Source: the human T2T-CHM13v2.0 reference genome, Homo sapiens | DNA length: 64,000 nucleotides | Reading direction: 5' to 3' | Assembly: GCA_009914755.4 (NCBI GenBank) | Contig: CP086569.2 | Location: 29,792,001-29,856,000, forward strand | Part shown: positions 58,859 to 64,000 of the stretch, one piece after another | Position numbering within the stretch: position 1 is the first letter of the stretch | How the letters are laid out: every line of letters begins with the position of its first letter | The notes under the pieces: generated by a model | Database searches by the model: none | What the model saw: only the letters and a program-made list of their open reading frames with translations | What the model was told of the DNA's origin: nothing | Made by a program: the position numbers and the translations under genes

Positions 58859-61800
58859 ATAGAATGGAATAGAAGAGAATGGAATCAAATCGAATGAAAT
58901 GGAATGGAATAGAAAGGAATGGAATGAAATGGAATGGAAATGATTCGAATGGAATGCAATCGAATGGAATGGAATCGAACGGAATGGAATAAAATGGAAG
59001 AAAACTGGCAAGAAATGGAATCGAAATGAATGGAGTGTTATGGAACGGACTCAAAAGGAATTGAATGTAATAGAATGGAGTGGAGTGGACTCGAATATAA
59101 TGGACTGGAATGGAATGAAATCACATGGAATGCGAACGAATGGAATGGAATGGAAAGGAATGGAATTGAATGGAAAGGAATCGAATGGAAGGGAATGAAA
59201 TTGAATCAACAGGAATGGAAGGGAATAGAATAGACGGTAATGGAATGGACTCGAATAGAATGGACACGAATGCTCAAATTGAATGGACTCGAATGGAATG
59301 GAAACGAAAGGAATGTCATCGAATGGAATTGAATCGATTGGAATGAAATCGCATAGAATGGAGTGGAATCAAATGGAATTGAATCGAAAGGAAAGGAAGC
59401 GAATGGACTGAAATGAAATGGAATGGAATTGAATGGAAAGTAATGCAATGGAATAGAATGGAACGAAATTTCACGGAATGGAATCAAACTGAATGGAATC
59501 AAATCAATGGAATCAAGTCAAATGGAATGGAAAGGAATTGAATGGAGTAGATGGGATTGGATGGGATTGGAATGAAATGTACTGGAAAGGACTCGAATTT
59601 CATGAAACGGAATGGAATGAATTGGAACGGAATGGACTCGAATGGAATGGAATGTCATGGAATGGCATCAAATGGAATGGAATCGAATGCAATGGAATGC
59701 TATGGAATGGAATGGAATGCATTGGAATGGAATGTCCTCTAATGGAATGGATTCGAGTGGAATGGAATCGAATATAATGGAGTCGAATGAAATGGAATTG
59801 AAAGGAATGGGATCGAATACAATGGAATATACTGGAATGTAACGTAATGAACTCGAATGTAATTGACTGGAATGGAATGTACATGAATGGAATGTAATCG
59901 AATGGAAAGTAATCCAATGGAATAGAATCTAATGCAATAAAATCGACTCAGATAGAGTAGAATGTAATGGAATGGAGTGCAGTGCAATGGAATGGAATGG
60001 AATGGAATGCAATGGAATGGAATGGAATGGAATGGAATGGAATGGAATGGAATGGAATGGTATGGAATGGATAGTAATGGACTGGAGTGAAATGGACTGG
60101 AAAGGAATGGACTCAAATTGAAAGGTCTCGAAAGGAATGGAGTCAAATGGAATGGTCTGGAATGGAATGAACACGAATGTAATGCAACCCAATAGAATGG
60201 AATCGAATGGCATGGAATATAAAGAAATGGAATCGAAGAGAATGGAAACAAATGGAATGGAATTGAATGGAATGGAATTGAATGGAATGGGAACGTATGG
60301 AGTGAAATTGTATGCAGTAGAAGAGAATAGAATGGAATGCAAGCGAAAGGAAAGGAATGGATTGGAATGGAATGGAATTCATTGGAATGGAAGGGAATGT
60401 AGTGTAATGGACAGGCCTGGAATAAAGTGGAATGCTACGGTCTCGAATGGAATAAAAATGTATGGAATGGAATGCAATGAAACGGAATCGAATGTCATAG
60501 AATGTAATGGAATGCAAAAAAATGGAATCCAAAATCATTGACTGGAAAGGCTGGGTGTCGAAAGGAATTGACTCCAATGGAATGGAATCGAATGGAATGG
60601 AAGTGAATAGAATCGAACTAAATCGAATGGAATGGAATTGATAGGAACGGAATGGAAAGGAATGCAATGATTTGGCATGGAATGGAATCGAATGGCATCG
60701 AATGGAATGGAATGGAATGCAATGGAATGGAATGTATTAGAATGTAATGAACTTTAATGGAATGTACTCGAATGGATTCGACTGGAATGGAATGTTCTGG
60801 AAGTGAATGGACTCCAATGGAATGGATTCAAAAGGAATGGAATCGTACGGAATGGAATCTAATGGAATGGAATTAAATGGAAATGAATCAAATTGAATAG
60901 CACGGAATTGAATTGAATGGAATCGAATGCAATGGAATCTAATGAAACGGAAAGGAAAGGAATGCAATGGAATGGAATGGGATGGAATGGAAAGGAATCG
61001 AAACGAATGGAATGGAATCGAACTGAAGAGACTGGAATGGAATGCACTGGAATGGAAGGGAGTGTAATGGAAGGTTCTCGAAAAAAATGGAATCGAATGG
61101 AATGGAATTGAATGGAACGGAATAGAGTCGAATGGAATTGAATGGAATGGAATGGACTAGAGTGAAATGGAATCGAACCACAAGGAATGGACAGGAATAG
61201 AATGCTCTCGAATTGAATGGAATCGTATGGAATGGCATCAAACGGAATGGAATGGACAGCCACGGAATGGAATCCACTCGAATGCAATGGAGTGGAAACT
61301 AATGGACTGGAATAGAATGGACTCGACTGGTACGGACTCCAATGGAATGGAATCGAATGGAAGGGAATCGAACGGAATGGACTCGAAGGGAAAAGACTGC
61401 AATGGAAAGGTCTCGAATGGAATGGAAATTAATGGAATGGAATGGAATCGAATGAAATGGAGTCAAAAGGAATGGAATCGAATGGCAAGAAATCGAATGT
61501 AATGGAATCGCCAGGAATTGATGTGAACGGAACGGAATGGAATGGAATCCAAAGGAATGGAATAGAATGGAATGGAATCGAATGGAGAGGACTCGAATGG
61601 AAATCACTCGAATAGAATGCAATTTAATAAAATAGGATCAAATGTAATGGAATGGAATGGAAAGGAATCGAAACGAAAGGAATGGAGACAGATGGAATGG
61701 AATGGAACAGAGAGCAATGGTATAGAATGGAATGGAATCATCTGGAATGGAATTGAATGGAATGGAATAATATGAAATGGAATGGAATGGAATGGAATGG

Positions 61801-62403
61801 AATGCCCTTGAATTAAATGGACTGGAATGGAATGGACTCAAACAGAGTGGAATGGAAAGTGTGGAGATAGAATGGAATGAACTCCTTTGGAATGGTGTAG
61901 TATGCAATGCAATCGACTGGCAGGGAATCAAAAGGAATGTAATCGAATGGATTGGACTGGAATGCAATGGACTCGAATAGATTGGAAACGGAATGCAAAG
62001 GAATGGAATGGAATAGTATGGAATGCAATGGAAGGGAATGGAGTGGAATAGACTAGAGTGGAATGGAATGGACTGGAAAGCAATGGACTGGAATGGAACT
62101 TTCTTGGATGGAGTGGAATCAAACGGAATGGAATGCAATGCAATCAAATGGCATGGAATAAAATAGAATGAAAGAGAATCAAATGGAATTGAATCGAATG
62201 GAATCGAATGGATTGGAAAGGAACAGAATGGAATGGAATGGAATTGACTCAAATGGAATGGACTAGAATGGAATGGATTCGAATGGAAGGCAAAGGAATG
62301 GAATCTATTGGAATGGACTGTAATGGAATGGAATGGAAGGGATTGGAATGGACTCGAATGGAATGGACTGCAATAGAAAGGATTCGAATGGAATGAAAAA
62401 GAA
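58859..62403 (+). repeat. HOR unit 18 (3545 bp)
   Basis: Landmarks at 58859 (mutated) and 62404. Confidence 0.8.
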
Positions 62404-64000
62404 TTGAATGGAATAGAACAGAATGGAATCAAATCGAATGAAATGGAATGGAATAGAAAGGAATGGAATGAAATGGAATGGAAAGGATTCGAATGGAATG
62501 CAATCGAATGGAATGGAATCGAACGGAATGGAATAAAATGGAAGAAAACTGGCAAGAAATGGAATCGAAATGAATGGAGTGTTATGGAACGGACTCAAAA
62601 GGAATTGAATGTAATAGAATGGAGTGGAGTGGACTCGAATATAATGGACTGGAATGGAATGAAATCACATGGAATGGGAACGAATGGAATGGAATGGAAA
62701 GGAATGGAATCGAATGGAATGGAATCGAATGGAAGGGAATGAAATTGAATCAACACGAATGGAAGGGAATAGAATAGACTGTAATGGAATGGACTCGAAT
62801 AGAATGGACACGAATGCTCAAATTAAATGGACTCGAATGGAATGGAAACGAAAGGAATGTCATCGAATGGAATTGAATCGATTGGAATGAAATCGCATAG
62901 AATGGAGTGGAATCAAAAGGAATTGAATCGAAAGGAAAGGAAGCGAATGGACTGAAATGAAATGGAATGGAATTGAATGGAAAGTAATGCAATGGAATAG
63001 AATGGAACGAAATTTCACGGAATGGAATCAAACTGAATGGAATCAAATCAATGGAATCAAATCAAATGGAATGGAAAGGAATTGAAAGGAGTAGATGGGA
63101 TTGGATGGGATTGGAATGAAATGTACTGGAAAGGACTCGAATTTCATGAAACGGAATGGAATGAATTGGAACGGAATGGACTCGAATGGAATGGAATGTC
63201 ATGGGATGGCATCAAATGGAATGAAATCAAATGGAATGGAATCGAATGCAATGGAATGCTATGGAATGGAATGGAATGAATTGGAATGGAATGTCCTCTA
63301 ATGGAATGGATTCGAGTGGAATGGAATTGAATATAATGGAGTCGAATGAAATGGAATTGAAAGGAATGGGATCGAATACAATGGAATATACTGGAATGTA
63401 ACGTAATGAACTCGAATGTAATTGACTGGAATGGAATGTACATGAATGGAATGTAATCGAATGGAAAGTAATCCAATGGAATAGAATCTAATGCAATAAA
63501 ATCGACTCAGATAGAGTAGAATGTAATGGAATGGAGTGCAGTGCAATGGAATGGAATGGAATGGAATGCAATGGAATGGAATGGAATGGAATGGAATGGA
63601 ATGGAATGGAATGGGATGGAATGGTATGGAATGGATAGTAATGGACTGGAGTGAAATGGACTGGAAAGGAATGGACTCAAATTGAAAGGGCTCGAAAGGA
63701 ATGGAGTCAAATGGAATGGTCTGGAATGGAATGAACAAGAATGTAATGCAATCCATTAGAATGGAATCGAATGGCATGGAATATAAAGAAATGGAATCGA
63801 AGAGAATGGAAACAAATGGAATGGAATTGAATGGAATGGAATTGAATGGAATGGGAACGAATGGAGTGAAATTGTATGCAGTAGAAGCGAATAGAATGGA
63901 ATGCAACCGAAAGGAAAGGAATGGATTGGAATGGAATGGAATTCATTGGAATGGAAGGGAATGTAGTGTAATGGACAGGCCTGGAATAAAGTGGAATGCT
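62404..64000 (+). repeat. HOR unit 19, partial (window ends)
   Basis: Landmark at 62404. The sequence continues colinear with other units to the window edge. Confidence 0.85.

Larger units (their letters stand above)
1..64000 (+). repeat. Satellite III-type (GGAAT)n array organised as ~3.56 kb higher-order repeats (DYZ1-like, human pericentromeric/Yq12 heterochromatin)
   Basis: The plus strand is almost entirely ggaat/ggaatg pentamers with degenerate variants (gcaat, ggact, cgaat). Very low C on the plus strand. A long-range self-similarity period of about 3.55-3.57 kb shows in the recurring ORF-track peptides (e.g. MNGIEQNGIK... at 11, 3575, 7129, 10683, 14256, 17825, 24963, 28532...). No unique-sequence interruptions anywhere. 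Confidence 0.95.

Noticed and set aside
1-64000. Hundreds of ORFs (60-318 aa) in the supplied six-frame track, on both strands and in all frames (MEWNGMEWNG..., MHSIPFHSIPF..., MPVFFHFIPFRSIPFHS...)
   Set aside because: They are translations of the GGAAT/ATTCC pentamer in its different phases: low-complexity, 5-bp-periodic, mutually overlapping in every frame, many initiated at TTG. They recur with the 3.56 kb HOR period, and their lengths change with 5-bp slippage indels. There is no codon-usage signal, no conserved domain-like sequence and no RBS or promoter context. None is a credible CDS.
1-64000. The possibility that the window hides a novel defence system, operon or other undescribed gene system
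   Set aside because: There is no unique-sequence segment anywhere in the window. Every base belongs to the tandem HOR. The composition and organisation are those of eukaryotic (human) heterochromatic satellite, not a prokaryotic or gene-bearing locus.
1-64000. CRISPR-like array (regularly spaced repeats)
   Set aside because: The repeats are contiguous tandem copies with no unique spacers. Periodicities are 5 bp and ~3.56 kb, not 28-37 bp repeats alternating with spacers.
1-64000. Alpha-satellite or centromeric HOR
   Set aside because: No 171-bp monomer periodicity and no CENP-B box-like motif. The basic unit is the pentamer GGAAT, characteristic of classical satellites II/III.
1-64000. HSat2 instead of HSat3
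   Set aside because: HSat2 is built on more diverged CATTCGATTCCATTC-type units with poorer pentamer purity. Here long pure (GGAAT)n runs dominate and the 3.56 kb HOR with single HaeIII/EcoRI sites fits the HSat3/DYZ1 type. The subfamily call stays provisional without a database alignment.
1-64000. Canonical heat-shock elements (nGAAn) as regulatory sites
   Set aside because: GAA motifs recur every 5 bp but all in direct orientation. A canonical HSE needs alternating inverted nGAAn/nTTCn units. No discrete regulatory site can be annotated from sequence, so this is only a low-interest note.
1-64000. Interspersed mobile elements (Alu/L1/SVA) or inversions (strand switches) within the array
   Set aside because: Scanning both strands shows no stretch departing from the satellite. 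GGAAT stays on the plus strand throughout. No poly-A tails, target-site duplications or C-rich segments were found.

Overview
The whole 64 kb window is one head-to-tail tandem satellite array built from the pentamer GGAAT (plus strand; ATTCC on minus). It is the human classical satellite III (HSat3) family. No protein-coding gene, RNA gene, transposon, CRISPR array or prokaryotic-style operon is supported.

The pentamer tracts are organised into a higher-order repeat (HOR) of about 3.55-3.57 kb. The first period measured here is exactly 3564 bp. There are about 18 copies, all in the same orientation, and copies are about 97-99% identical. Each unit carries a single AGGCCT site (GGCC is also the HaeIII site) and a single GAATTC (EcoRI) site. 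This matches the Y-chromosome DYZ1 HSat3 repeat (Yq12, 3.56 kb unit) as I recall it. That assignment rests on memory of the literature, not on a search.

Structure visible in the sequence:
- Two internal-deletion units: one is about 1.16 kb short, with an 11-bp microhomology at the junction. The other is about 0.45-0.5 kb short.
- A mosaic of two linked-variant haplotypes spread across non-adjacent units.
- Pentamer copy-number slippage (4-7 copies at one tract).
- A short non-pentameric island in each unit.

Every ORF in the supplied six-frame track is a pentamer-periodic translation artefact (MEWNG.../HSIPF...), present in all frames and often starting at TTG. I see no evidence for the suggested novel biological system. 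The interesting biology here is satellite array evolution.
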